Origin: Macrostomum lignano
Taxonomy: Eukaryota
Direction of reading: 5' to 3'
Length of the DNA: 64,000 nt
NCBI GenBank assembly: GCA_002269645.1
Contig: NIVC01000112.1
Location: 16,696-80,695 of the forward strand
Position 1 is the first letter of the stretch; every line of letters begins with the position of its first letter. Below, piece by piece: positions 1 to 24,114 of the stretch. The translations under genes and the position numbers were made by a program. Under the pieces are notes generated by a model, which worked only from the letters and a program-made list of their open reading frames with translations, was not told the origin of the DNA and did not search any database.

Positions 1-811
1 TCCTGCTGCGCAGACGCATCGGTCACCGCCACGGCGAAAAACGCCTAAGCGTGCTTGGCTACGCTGACGACCTCGCCCTCCTGTCCTCGTCCGTTGAAGG
101 CGCCCAGCGCCAGATTGACAGGCTGGTCGAGGTGGCATCGAGCGTTGGTCTGATCGTCAACACGCTGAAGACCGAGGTGCTGACTGTGCCGGCCGACATC
201 CCAGCGGACCTGACATGTCGCTTCGCAGACGGGCAGACGACCAGGCTCGCACGCTGCCAGCGCGCGGTTCACCTACCTCGGCGGTCTGGTGCCCCACGTG
301 GAAGGACCTCCGGCGGCGCAGAGGACTTGCCTGGGCGGCCTTTTGTTCGATCCGGGCCGTCCTCCAGTCCGAAGCGCTGCCCGACCGCCAGAGGGCTCGG
401 CTGTGGCAGGCGGTGGTCGAAACCGTCCTGCTATACAACGCCGAGACGTGGACGCTGAGGGCTACGCTAGAGCGGCAGCTGGACTCGGCGCACTCAGGGC
501 TGCTCCGTGCGGCCTTTCGAGCTGACGAGAGCGTCGGGACCGAGGCCCTGTACGATTGGGCCAAGCTGCAGCGCCCGTCCATCATTCTGCGCCGGCGGCG
601 ACCTCAACTGGCGGGTCACGTGATCCGGGCTGAGGGCTACTGCCCCCAACCTGTTCAGGACTTTCTGCTGCTCACCTTGCAGGGTCCGTTCAGGCGGGGT
701 CAGGCCCGAACCCGTCGATACGTGGACTGCCTGCTGTGCGACGCTGGGGCGCCCGACACTGCCAACGGAGCGGACTTTGTTCGCTCCCAGGCTCTGCGGC
801 GCGCCATCTGA
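1..811 (+). mobile_element. 3' part of a decayed non-LTR retrotransposon (RTE-like LINE) reverse transcriptase ORF; runs off the left edge
   Basis: Frame from base 3 reads LLRRRIGHRHGEKRLSVLGYADDLALL...VGLIVNTLKTEVL (RT YADD motif). FTYLGG lies in another frame near 268-285, and EDLRRRRGLAWAAF...LLYNAETWTL...LAGHVIR in the frame ending TGA at 809-811. These are typical RTE-clade C-terminal motifs. At least two frameshifts (~262, ~303). Confidence 0.85.
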
Positions 812-912
812 CGCGCCCTGCTCTAAGTTGAGTCTCCTCTGTAGTAGACTCACTGGTTGAGCAGCATTTAGCCACTGCTTTGAAAGGGAATCTCCCAGCC
901 ACGGCCTGCCAC

Positions 913-1210
913 TGGCTACTTGTGTTATTCCAGATGGCCGAATTCATTCCAGACAGAGTGCCTGCGGAGCGAGAACTATATATGGAGCGACACAGTATGG
1001 ACGTGTATCGCGAGTATGAGTATAAGCGGCTCTTTCGCTTCTCTCGTGAAAGCGTTGGGTTTCTGGGACCTCTTCGTAGTCAGTTTCTACAGGGCCCATC
1101 TCTGTTGAATTCCTGTTGAAATCAAACTGACGCAAAGCTAAGCTAATTGTTTACTTCTACTTCGAGACAGACGCTATAGGACGAAAGATAAGGCGATTTA
1201 TACGACACAC
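913..1210 (+). mobile_element. Possible degenerate PIF/Harbinger transposase N-terminal fragment
   Basis: ERELYMERHSMDVYREYEYKRLFRFSRESVGFL resembles the HARBI1-type 'F..RFRFS+E+F..L' segment. IPVEIKL (attcctgttgaaatcaaactg, ~1090-1110) follows in another frame. Judged by eye only; no DDE core seen. Confidence 0.4.
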
Positions 1211-2649
1211 GAGAGATGCCGGAGACCGCTTTCTCTTCGTCTATGGCCAAGAGGTGCCAAGGAGTTACTCAGAATGAGGAGCAAATAGCTCCGCATTTAT
1301 TTGAGAAATTTCTTTATTCATATGAACATTGAGCAACTAGCTGCCCCAGATCAGAGCAGTTGCTCGAGTTCGAGCTCTTGCTCCATCTCAGAGTTTGTGG
1401 TGAAACTCGCCAGTTATTGCTCACTTTATTCATATGGCCAGGTAAATGTACATTGATCTTGTATATGTGCATGTCAGTCAAACAAAGACGTGCACGTACT
1501 ACTAGTGGTAACTTCTAGTGGTCCTTGCAATCAATTTCGGAATACATGTAATGTACAGAATTTACATGTTACTGTACCAGTGACGATAGTAATTTAGTTC
1601 ATGCAATATCAAAGCTGCTCTTAAAAAGGGAAACGATACAGTATGCATTAACATAGGTATAGATTCATACATGTGATGTAAGCCCTCTCTGCAAGGACCA
1701 TAATAATAACAAGGCGTAAAACTCAAAGATTGTGTAAGTTTTTGGAGGCCAATTTATCCTAACTATACACAGCGAAGAGCGGATCGCGATATACGCTCCA
1801 AAGCTCGTACATATGCATGTGTCAAAGTTCATGTACATGTATAGGGACGGATCGTTTTTTCAATTACAAATCCAGGGACTCACTTAAACTATAGGGACAG
1901 AAAACTGCATGGCCACATCATGCTGAAAATAGTTTTAAAATGGAGACTGGTTTTTTCCAGCCCCCCCCCCCCCCCCCTAGAATTAATTATTGCAATTGAA
2001 CTTAGATCAAAAGCTGTTTTTTCGCCATTCTGTACAGAATTTATTCCTCTAAAAGATGAACAACTCGACTTTTGTCAATCTTTGTTTTGAGAGGAGTGTA
2101 GTGAGCTTTTTTGTTCAGGACCCACTTTTCACGGTGTTTAATTTATAGACAATGTCGTATAAAAATCTGCACTCGTGTAAAGTACATGTAGTCCCTGTAC
2201 TTTACAAATCCGCGCAATGACTCTTACTTTTTGCGGGGCATCAATGTAGAATTTTGTGAGGGCGCGACTGCATTTGATCTGGGGCAGTGAAAATTAGCAT
2301 TGCTTTAATTTATAGAATGGACAACACGTTAGGGCCTCCAAAATTTACGCGATCTTTCATTTTACGGCATTTTGTACCATGGGGTCATCATTTCTAGTAC
2401 GTTGTTGATGACGTTGCATTACATGTATAATGTATATACACGCTCTGTATAAAGCTCTGTATAAAATTTATAAGGAGAGAGAGGTTTGTATATAGTCTTG
2501 AAAAATTACGATGCAGTATTAAAACAAAACTTGAAAAATGTTTAAACTTGATGGCAAGAAGTTAAAACTAGCATTCAAAATTGCTAACTATTTAAAATTT
2601 ATTTGCTTATAAACTTTTGAAAATGACAAGAATTTTCCTAAAGTAATTA

Positions 2650-2671
2650 TTCTAGAAGAAAATTCTCGAAA
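2650..2671 (+). promoter_or_regulatory. Heat shock element upstream of Hsp110
   Basis: Perfect nGAAnnTTCnnGAAn (aGAAaaTTCtcGAAa, 2657-2671) with an overlapping TTCtaGAA (2650-2657), about 180 bp upstream of the ATG. A TATA-like tataata follows at ~2704. Confidence 0.75.
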
Positions 2672-2832
2672 AGTCCTTGTGATTAATGCACCGCCGCCGC
2701 ACGTATAATAATTTCTGACGCTCAAGTTGTTACATCCTTCAGGTCTTTCAACGATAGCTCCGTATTTCAATTTGTTTCTGCAAATCTTCTCTACATTCTG
2801 AAAATTTAGCTTCAAAATAAACTTCAGATTAA

Positions 2833-13453
<10,621 letters not shown>

Positions 13454-14961
13454 GCTACCACCAGCCTCGCAGCAACCAAGTACTTTTTGATAGGACTGTG
13501 TGTACTTTTTCGTGATTCCATGAGTCTACGTCTGTTTTGTGTGTCATTGTAATTTTTGTTTTCAAGTGCGCCACCCAGCAGCAAGCAAGATCCTCGTGCA
13601 CCTTTTCCCGCTTGAGCAGCCTGTCGCAGTCGGCTTTTTATTTTCTACAGCAACAAAACTAATTAAGTAGCCTCATCCCAATAATTCAATCAGTTCCCAG
13701 TCGTGAATCTATTAAAACTAATCAATCACAGTCTTGGATTTCTAGCTCGCTTTTTTCGCCATACATATTACTTTTCTCTTTGTAGCAGTAGCAGTAGTAG
13801 CATGTTGCTGTCTATTTTTAGTTATTCCAGATGAAAATATCTGTTTTGTTACGTAGGTACCCAGCAAAGCACTGTTAGCAATAGCAGAAATTGCTTATTA
13901 AAAAATTCCAAACCCCTATTCACCGATGACTATTATTATGATCATTTAATAAATAAATATTGCAATTCTTCTATTATATTGCCACTGCTATTTAAATATT
14001 TATCTGTCTCTCCCCGAGCCCATTGCGCAGCAGTTCTCTCTAATTGTATTGTTTTTTGCTTTTTCTGCAGTCAGTTTCTTGTGTTCAGTTTTGTATGCTG
14101 ATCATTTATTTACCATATTATTAATATTATTATTGAGCTGCGCGTCCCCTCGGAGCATTTTCACCAAATGCATTGGCAAGCCTGTCGCGAACAGCCTATG
14201 ATACCCCCATACTAGTATAATCCCTCCAGCTTATCCCCTACATAGTGCAAATGGATTAACAAATATATTTAATTATCAATTCAAAATCAGAGCCAGCGGC
14301 TTGGCAATAAATTAATTAACATCATCTCTACAGCTCTGTGAAAGTTGATTGACAGTCAAAAGATATCCATCAAATTTCTGCACACGTCTGCTCATGATCT
14401 TTTATAATCAGCGACTTGAGTCATTTGGGTTTGGAGTTCGAATCCGGAGTGGCAATGAATTGAAAACGATCCGATAGAGAAGAGAAATGAATGAGCTGAT
14501 AGCTGTGTATTTCTGAAGTCTCCAGGACCTGCACAGTGCAAAGTTAGTCTCACTTAAAGGTGAATTAAAAAACTAAAAAATGGTGCTAAATGTTAGCACT
14601 TGAATCTGCGATTGCACTTTGACACAGCCGTGCTGTTTGAGCACTTAGAAATGTTGCCATTAAAATTAATATGCGGAACAGTTAAAAAACCAGGGCATGA
14701 AAAAATGACCGACAAAAGCAACCTAGTGGAGTAGCATCAAAACTATGCACGCTGGTGCTTAGGGGAGATTGCACATTATTTACTGGGATATATATTATAC
14801 TAATGCAAGTAAAAAAGGCTACTGGCCTAAAGAAAAAAAGGCAAATTATTGCAATTCTTGGCAAAGAAAACACAATTTGAGACTCTGACCGGTAGCAATT
14901 ACGGCACAAAAAATTAAAAACTGAAAAAAATCAATAAATCCACAGGTACACAGACGCCAGT

Positions 14962-17900
14962 CTAGCAGTCCTCCCGTCCGTACATATCCTCAATCGCCTT
15001 TCTGTAGCGGTCCAGCAGCTGCCGCCGGCGCAGCTTGAACGAGTCGGTGACGAGGCCAGACTCCGGCAGCCAGGCGGTCTCAGCGCACAGGTGCACCCGG
15101 GCCGGAGTCTCGAACCGCTCCAGCCGACCCTTGGCCGCGGCGGTCAGCTCGTCTAGGGCCGCCTTTCTCAGCCGAGGGTCGGACAGCAGCGCCTCGTCCG
15201 GCTGGAGCCCGTCGCCGTTGGCGTGGCTCTGACCGCCGCCTGTGGCGTCAGTTGGCACTGGCCGGAGGCCCAGCTGTTGCGCCAGCTGCATCAGCCGGCG
15301 TCGTTTCGGCACAACCAGCAGCACCACGAAGTCGCGGCGACTGTCGGCATAGGCGCACAGCTGCTCCACAATTGGCGAGCTGCTGAGCGCCAGCTCCACC
15401 TTGCCCAGGGACACGTACTCGCCTCCCTGCGGCAATGGTTGATAGAGTTGGCATCGGGCACATCATGACACCGATAGCTCACTGATATTCCAGATTGGAA
15501 CAAAGACTAATTTGATAGCTCACTGATATTCCAGATTGGAACAAAGACTAATTTGATAGCTCACTGATGTTCCAGATTAGAACAAAGACTAATTTGATAG
15601 CTTACTGATATTCCAGATTAGAACAAAGACTAATTTGACAGCTCACTGATATTCCAGATTAGAACAAAGACTAATTTGATAGCTCACTGATATTCCAGAT
15701 TAGAACAAAGACTAATTTGACAGCTCACTGATATTCCAGATTAGAACAAAGACTAATTTGATAGCTCACTGATATTCCAGATTAGAACAAAGACTAATTT
15801 GATAGCTCACTGATATTCCAGATTAGAACAAAGACTAATTTGATAGCTCACTGATATTCCAGATTAGAACAAAGACTAAGTTGATAACACACAGCATAAA
15901 AACAAAGACTAATTTTGACTGATAAACTATTAAACAAACAAAGACCCACCTGCAGCTTGACCAGGTCTTTCTTCCTGTCCACAATCTGCAGTCCGGCTGT
16001 CCCGGCCACCTGTCCAACATCGCCGGTGCAGAACCATCGCACGCCGCAGCCGTCAGTCCAGAAGTCTTGGCCGGTCAGCTCGGGCATTTGAAAATACCCG
16101 GCCGTTACGCAGGGCCCCCCGATGAGCAGCTCGCCTCTCGGCCACGGCTTGTCCGCCTTGGAGTAGCCGCCCTCCGGCCAGTCCCGCAGGCGCAGCAGGC
16201 AGGAGTCCAGCGGAGGCCCGGCCGAGCCCAACGGGGTGGCGGCCAGCGGCTGGTGGCCGGGCCCGGGGCTGGCCTGTATGCAGCCGGCGCCGCAGGTCTC
16301 GGTGAGGCCGAAGCCCTGCACCACCGGGCTGCCGAATGCCGACATGGCGAAGGTGTGCGTCTCGGCCGACAGCGGGGCGCCGCCGGACAGCATAAGGCGC
16401 AGCCGGCCGCCCAGGATAACGCTCACCTGCGGGAGTTTTGGTGTGGGATTTTTTGGGTGTGGGATTTTATGGTGTGGGATTTTATGGTGTGGGATTTTAT
16501 GGTGTGGGATTTTATTATGTGGGATTTTTATATGGGATTTTTTGGTGTAGGATTATTTTATATAGGATTTTTTGGTGTGGGATTATTTTATATGGGATTT
16601 TTTGGTGTGGATTTTTGTATATGGGATTTTATGATGTGGGATTTTTATTTAGGATTTTTGGTGTGGGATTTTTCGATAAGGGATTTTAGATGCGGGATTT
16701 TTTTATGTGGAATTTCGGGTGTGAGTCTTGTTTTCGAGACTTTTTTGATTCCACATCTATGGGATTTAAACGCGGAGTTTATACAATTGTATAGAGATTT
16801 CCTCAATCGGGTCTGCTTTACATGTACATTCGTATTTTGATTTCAAATATGCGCAATACCCGGCCTTACCTTCTTAAATACCAGCCGGTCAAGCAGCGGG
16901 GTGGCCCAGCCCCGCAGTCCCCAGCGAAGTTTGTAATCCAGCGCCCAGGTCAGCAAGGCGCGCCGATGGCGCCGCGCGCCTCTGCCCGGTCGCGAACAGC
17001 GCGCGAGGCGCGGTCCAGCACTGCGGGCACGGCGGCCATCAGGCTGGGCCGCAGTGCGGTGGCGTCGCCAGGTGTGCCAGGCTTCACCTGCCGGGCAGTT
17101 TGGAGGCTTTGATCTTGCCGACAACCAATTAATTACATAACTGGAGGCTTTGATCTTGTCAATTACCAATTAGTTAAAAAAAACAGGACTTTTTGATCTT
17201 GCCGACAACGAATTAGTTAAATAACTGGACTCTTTGATCTTGCCGACAACTAATTAGTTAGAATAACTGGACTTTTTTATCTTGCCGACAACTAATTAGT
17301 TGAAATAACTGGACTCTTTGATTTTGCTGACAACTAATTAGTTAGAATAACTGGACTCTTTGATCTTGCCGAAAACTAATTAGTTAGAATAACTGGACTC
17401 TTTGATCTTGCCGACAAATAATTAGTTAAAATAACTGGACTCTTTGATCTTGCCGACAACTAATTAGTTAGAATAACTGGACTCTTTGATCTTGCCGACA
17501 ACTAATTAGTATTCACCGCCAGGCAATGCCTCGCCTCACCTTATTGGACGCATCCGTCAGCGTCAGCGGGCTGCCGTAGCCGATGGCGACTCCGCAAGCC
17601 AGACAAGCCAGCTCAGCTGCCAGCTCCAGCACGTGAGCCAGCGGCAGGTAAGCCAGGTAGCTGTCATCGGCCCGACTCCCCAGCTCGGGAATTCGCCTGG
17701 CAACGCCGGCTGCCATCGCCAGCAGGTTGGCGTGGCTGATCATCACTCCCTTAGGCTGGCCCGTGCTGCCACTGGTGTACATCAGCACGGCCAGGTCGCC
17801 CGGCTCCGACACCGCCGCCGCCGCTGTATCGTCCTCCGTCGCATCGTCGACATCCTCGCCAATCAGCTGACTGAGTCCGACCAGCCGCACCGACTGTCGA

Positions 17901-20191
17901 CTTTCGGCAGGCCTGCCCGACACTAGTGCCGATTCATCGCCAACTCCGCCGTCTAGGTAGATGACGCACCGGATGTTGGGCATCTGATCCAGCATCTTGG
18001 TGACCTTGTCCAGCAGGCTCAGCGAGGTCACCAGCACTGCAGCCTCCGACTGGTTGACGCCGTAGGCCAGGGCATCCTCGCCCAGGCTGGCGTACAGCGT
18101 CACCACGGGCAGGCCGCAGCGGAAGCAGGCCTGAGCGCACAGCTGCCAGTCTGCCCGGGTCTCCGCGTACAGAGCCACCCGAACGCCGGGCCTGAGGCCG
18201 AGCTGCTGCTGCCGCTGCGAGCGGAGACTCTTGGCCAGTTGAATAACCCGACGGTGAACTGAGCGATAACTCAGCCAGCTGTAGGGGCCCAGCGACTGCT
18301 TCTTGAACTTGCGACCGTCTGGTTGAAGCTGGTGAGGGGGTTCAGATGTCGATGGCTCAGTCACGGGGTTGAGAAACTTTTCGTTATGATAGTTAGATAC
18401 GCTGGGAGTCTATGATGACTCTTTGACTAAATGAGTGACTCTATGACTAACGGAGTGACTCTATGACTAACGGAGTGACTCTATGACTAACATAGTGACT
18501 CTATGACTAACGGAGTGACTCTATGAATAACGGAGTGACTCTTTGACTAAATAAGTGACTCTATGAATAACGGAGTGACTCTATGACTAACGGAGTGACT
18601 CTATGACTAACGGAGTGACTCTATGACTAACGGAGTGACTCTATGACTAACGGAGTGACTCTATGACTAACGGAGTGACTCTATGACTAACGGAGTGACT
18701 CTATGACTAACGGAGTGACTCTATGAATAACGGAGCGACTCTATGACTAACAGAGTGACTCTATGACTAACGGAGCGACTCTATGACTAACAGAGTGACT
18801 CTATGACTAACGGAGTGACTCTTATGACTAACAGAGTGACTCTATGACTAACAGAGTGACGCTATGAATAATGGAGTGACTCTTATGAATAACGGAGTGA
18901 CTTTTTGACTAAATGAGTGACTCTATGAATAACGGAGTGACTATGATTACTGTAATGATTTCATGACTGCTTGGATGACTGAGACTTCATGACAATCAAA
19001 TTGACCTCATGACTATGAACTGTGGCAAACACTGACTAAATAACAAGGACTCTATAGAAATTTACAACAATCCGAATTCAATCTACGTATATTAAGCAAT
19101 CAAGCCCTAAAAGCAGATTACGAGCGTACAAATAAAATCTTGATCATTTTCATTGGTTTGTAATGAAAATTTTCAAAAAGTCACCAAAAAGCCAAAAATC
19201 AAATTCAAAGTGTTCGCTAAAATATTTAGACTAAAAAATTCAGGCCAAGTGTGAATTATCAGCACACAGTTAGCTCGTACAGCAGCCCTTCAAAGCAAAT
19301 TAATTGCAATTTTGAGAAGCAATTTTGCCGCTAAGCAAGCGCAGGTGAATTGCACAGCCAAACAGAGTTAATATCTGTATGTATGCAGTACCTGAACTGT
19401 CAATGGGACAGTCTGTGACTGTCTGAGCTGGTGTGCGATCTAAATCTGAAAATTTTTTATACAGTCATGTTTAATAAGGAAGATGCAGAAATGCAATTTG
19501 GGATCCAATGAATGTCTTAAATAACTGTCTGTCTGTCTGTCTGTCTGTGTGTCAGTCTGTCTTTCTGTCTGTGTCTGTCTGTCTGCCTGTCTGCCTTAGT
19601 GTCTATCTGTCTGTCTGTCTGTCTGCCTTAGTGTCTGTCTGTCTGTCTGTCTGTCTTAGTGTACCGATCAGTCTGTCTGTAATGAAACAGTTCAGATTCA
19701 GGCCAATTAAAAATTCAACAAACCTGCTATAAAGTTCACAAAGTCCCTCAACTATTGAACTTACAGTTACTCAAAATACGAGCAATATCAATCGACCAGC
19801 ATTAGAAGCTCACCTCGTCTGCCTCCGCCAGCAGCTGCCGGGTGCCAAAGCAGCGCCGCTCGGGGTACTTGCCAGCCGCTTGATCCAGCAGATCTGCCAG
19901 ATTCTCAACTCCGGCAAAGGGCCTGCTAGCCAGACAGTCAGGCACTGACTTGCCAGTCTCCGCAGCCGCCTGCGCCACAGCTGAGCTGGCCCACACAGCT
20001 GGGCAGCTGCCATCTTCATCAGTTCCCGGATAGTCAACTTTCACGGTAGCTACTACAGCCTGTTGTTTGCTACTACTAACAGTAGTCGAATTTGGCCAAA
20101 ATGTCAAATTAGCGGCATAGTATAGAGGCAGTGTGACTAGACTGTACAATCCTGATACTGCATCCATAGACCAGATTAAAAAGTTTTGCAT
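14962..20191 (-). CDS. ACSL4: Long-chain fatty acyl-CoA synthetase (ACSL3/ACSL4 type), 5 coding exons, about 775 aa after correcting one frameshift in exon 3
   Basis: Minus-strand exons 20191-19814, 18328-17540, 17087-16870, 16426-15950, 15426-14962, all GT-AG and phase 0. Motifs: MYTSGSTGQPKG (AMP-binding), [66 protein letters not shown]. ACSL3 versus ACSL4 cannot be separated by eye. Confidence 0.93.
15472..15882. repeat. 41-bp minisatellite, about 10 copies, ACSL intron 4
   Basis: Unit AGCTCACTGATATTCCAGATTAGAACAAAGACTAATTTGAT. Confidence 0.95.
16432..16690. repeat. Degenerate ~15-bp repeat (GGTGTGGGATTTTAT), ACSL intron 3
   Basis: Direct tandem periodicity, decaying rightwards. Confidence 0.85.
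17101..17510. repeat. 42-43-bp minisatellite, about 9 copies, ACSL intron 2
   Basis: Unit GGACTCTTTGATCTTGCCGACAACTAATTAGTTAGAATAACT. Confidence 0.92.
18408..18942. repeat. 20-bp minisatellite (GAGTGACTCTATGACTAACG), about 26 copies, ACSL intron 1
   Basis: Direct tandem periodicity of 20. Confidence 0.95.
19524..19680. repeat. (GTCT)n microsatellite with CTTAGT interruptions, ACSL intron 1
   Basis: Visible simple repeat. Confidence 0.9.
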
Positions 20192-23100
20192 TTTTTATTA
20201 TGATTTTTATTAATGTTACCTTGCAATAATTCTGATTGTTAAATGTATTTCACATGAAATTGCAAGACAGAAGTCTGATAAGGTTTTGACTAGAGTCAAT
20301 TTATGGTACTAGAAAACAACAAAAAAATATAGTAATAAATATAATACATTCAAAGCAATTTTGCTATGATAGAAAATTTCACTATGCACTTTGGTTTAAA
20401 TTCAATTGGCAAGAACTAAGATAAACAAACATAGGCCTAAGCCCATTCAAAGTTCTATTTAAATATTAGAAAGCACTTGAAAAATTCTCTTTAGATCTAT
20501 TTCTTGCTAATTTTCAATATATGATTTTTTATGCATACAGTATCCAGAAAATGTCTTAAAATGAGTGGAAGGATTGTGTAGCACCTCTAATTAGGGGAGG
20601 GGTATGGTCAGGTCAGGTGGTCACCTCCCTTCCCTAGCAAATATTTAGAATTAGTGCAACTCATTACACTAAAATCTTAAAAATTTAAATTTTATTGGTC
20701 ACCCCATGGAGAGATAAGAAAGTGGTTACCCCTAGGGGGATAAGAAGATGGTCATCCCTAGAGGAATAGGAGTGTGCCCCCCTTAGGCAGTTGAGTCACT
20801 AGGGAAGGAGGGCTATATCCCCTTTGCACTTTGCCTTTAACATAAATGCATAAAACCTCTACAATTTTACAAAACATTCCTCAAACAAAAATTTATAACA
20901 TAAAAATATAAGAACATACAGATAGAGTTAAAATCTTAAATTTTATTTTAATTAACTTGTCTTTTATATTTTTGCAAATAATCTAGGTATATAAAAGTGT
21001 TAGTTAGGCTTTGTTGAACTTTTTGAAAATCAATTTATTATTAACCATTAGAGGGAATACAAGAATTAGCAATAGACAAAAGCCTTACTAATATTTGCTA
21101 ATTGCCTTTGAAAGATTTGCCCATTGAGCTTTTCTTGCCAATATTTGTCTGTAGTGAATTTTGCCCATGAATGAATTGCCCATTGATATTTACCTGCCAA
21201 GAGTTGTCTACCAAGATTTGCTCATTTTGCAATTATTCCATCATAAGTCAAATTGCCTATCAATTTTTTCCCACTGAGGTTTGCCTAGCTTTTTTTTGCA
21301 GTATTTTTAGTCACATAGCAGATGTTGTCTGCATTCTCCCTCTCCCTTCTCCCCAATGCTTAGTACCATTACTACCATAAAACCATAGGCTTAATAATAA
21401 TAAGTCTTAATAAATAGATTTGGAAGACAAAGTGACATGGCATATGCATAAATTAATAGCTTACAAATGTACCCCTACATGCATATAGAATTAAATATCT
21501 ATAGGCCTAAGAAAACATGTATTTGATAAGAAAATTTCTTTATTAAAACTTACTAAGCATTGCCATGGCATTGGGTGAAGAAAAAGCATTGCAGGCAAAT
21601 CTCAAAATCAATTTTTGTTTATATAATTGAGTTAAATTAAATTTATTAATGCTTTTTTGCAATTAAACTTAGATAATTCAATTTATCTAAGGTTTTTATA
21701 AATGTACATAGATTTTTAGTAATTATAGTATGAATATAAGGAGGAATGATAAATTTAATTTTTAAATAGATTGATAGATAGCCTATAGAGTTAAACTGAA
21801 AATTTTTCATTTGTTTGTGCTTTCAAGCAAAAATATTGATCTAGAAAATTCTTATCAAAACTTTAAACAATTAGACATAGGCTTAAACACTAACCTATTT
21901 AGGCAAGTTACTAATATATCTAGGCCTAGTAACATTGGGCCTATTTTATTGATTGTCAATTGAGTGGTAAGCAATGAAATGAATGATGGTTGGTCATGAG
22001 ACTCATGGCCTATGCTTTGGAAGGTTATATGATCTACTAAGTTATATATACCAGGATATACTTTGATATACACAAAAAATGGTAAGACCCTGTTGTACAC
22101 TGGGAAATCTTGGCATACATGTTGCCTTCCAAACTAGGCCTATGGGTTGTTAGTAAGAATAATTTTGCCATAGGCAATTTTTTCTAGCATATCATGCTGC
22201 ACACCTGCACCATCTCAACTATGGGCATGGCTCTTACCTTGACAAGCTCATTAATAACTAGGCCTATTGACAGCTAAGCTAGCACAAGGAATGGCATTTG
22301 CCATTTAATTTTAAGTATTAGCTGCATAGCATCTCCTGGAAAAAATTCAATGACTCATGGAATATGTACACTGCAATGTGACTGCATTAGACAACTAAAT
22401 AATTGCAAATAAAATTGCAGTAAGCTGTAAGCAATATAAGCAATATGAACATTAAAACTATCTAAAAAGATTATTGACACTAAGCACATAAAAATAATTA
22501 CTAAATTACTTGATAGACTTAGGGGCCTAGTCTTAAAAGGTACTACACCTTTTCACATTCAATTTTGATCAAAGTCCAATTCTAAAAAAACTAGCGGAAA
22601 TTCAATTCAGACAATTTAGACTGGGGCCCAGTCTAACCCCAGTTCAAACATTCTAACCGAAGTAAGGTTTAGCCATAGACAAAATTATCCTCAGTCTGAA
22701 TTGAAGTTCCAACAATGCATGATATGTAAGATCCCGTGCTCACTGCACAATTCAGAAAAAAACTGCAGGTTTTGATTTCACATGCATGTACATGTATATT
22801 AACGTATTGATTAAATTTATTGTAATGTAATACATGTATGATTGTATGTACAATGTATGCCCAATGCTGATTTTTAACTAAACCATTGACTAACAGTAAG
22901 CATAGACAATTGCAGTTGTATTTTTGTTGTCCATGCGTGCTATTTACGATCATCAACATTTATTCAAGAATTCCAACACTTCAAGCGACTAATTAAAAAC
23001 CAAGGACGACTTAAGTCACTTAAGTCGTCTACTTAAGTCGTCCTTGTTAAAAACATGCTTTACATACATGCAAATGTAACATGTAATTTAAAATCATGAC

Positions 23101-23919
23101 TTCATTCCAACAAAATGACTTCATACATGTACAATACATATATGCATATGTAAACTATACACATGTATTTGATACTGGTATATGTTAGGCTTTGTTAGGC
23201 TATTTTTCAACTATATTACAAGTAAAACTATACACATGTATTCAGGACGACGAATTAAATTATCTTTTAGAAAATTCAGTGATATACATGTATGTAACAT
23301 GTACGAATGCATGGTTTTCTGTGAGCCTGTGAGACTGTATGATCAGACGCAGCTAACTGTTAGGACCAGTAGTGTGGTGTCCCCACCGGGGGACAGGGTG
23401 ACAATGTTCATGTACCCCCGATAAAGGCCCTGGGGGTCGACATGCCAAATACTTTAATTGTCCGTCCGCCCCATGCATCAATTGTTGTCTGTGACCGTTA
23501 TGGAAATCAATACTTCAGAGGGCGCCAATACATATGAGTGTCAGCCTATGGCGCCAAAATGATGGAAACAACGCCGATTCTGGAAATAATTGTAGGTAGC
23601 TCGTACATGTACATGTATAAATTGCATGCATGCACTTTCATCTGTACAGCACAACGTAGTTCTGTAAATTACCCCCGCACTCACCAATAAAATTTGCAGC
23701 ATTTTCATGCATACATAAGGCTGTTAGAAAAGCCGAACACCTGGAAAGTTTCATTTCTTATCTTTTTGAAAACTGATATAAAAGCGAGACAGCTATATAC
23801 ATGTACATGTAGTTAAGCGGTTAACCGTGTGAGCAGTGGTAAAATCCTTGCTCAGTAGCAAATAATTAAGTCAATTCAAATAATTAATTTCGATTCTGCA
23901 ACATCGCAATATGCAAGCA

Positions 23920-24026
23920 TCATTGCAGCCATTATCAGTTGAACTGGACCGCATCATTGCAGCCATTATCAATTGAACTGGACCGCATCATTGCAGCCAT
24001 CATCAGTTGAACTGGACCGCATCATT
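23920..24026. repeat. 34-bp tandem repeat, 3 copies
   Basis: Unit GCATCATTGCAGCCATTATCAGTTGAACTGGACC. Confidence 0.85.
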
Positions 24027-24050
24027 GTGTTCACACAAAGTTGCTGCAGA

Positions 24051-24114
24051 ACTTACTTAAAAACGCTTTCGAAGTCAGTTGAGACGCATGGATCTAAGCG
24101 CAGCCCTTATATAA
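24051..24114 (-). promoter_or_regulatory. Candidate TATA box plus short non-coding first exon for ACSL
   Basis: On the minus strand, TATATAAG at ~24107-24114 is followed about 50 nt later by a GTAAGT donor (24056-24051), pointing toward the ACSL ATG 3.9 kb away. Motif-only support. Confidence 0.3.

Noticed and set aside
14390-14445. GAGTTCGAATCC B-box as a tRNA or SINE
   Set aside because: No convincing A box or stems; at most a decayed SINE fragment.
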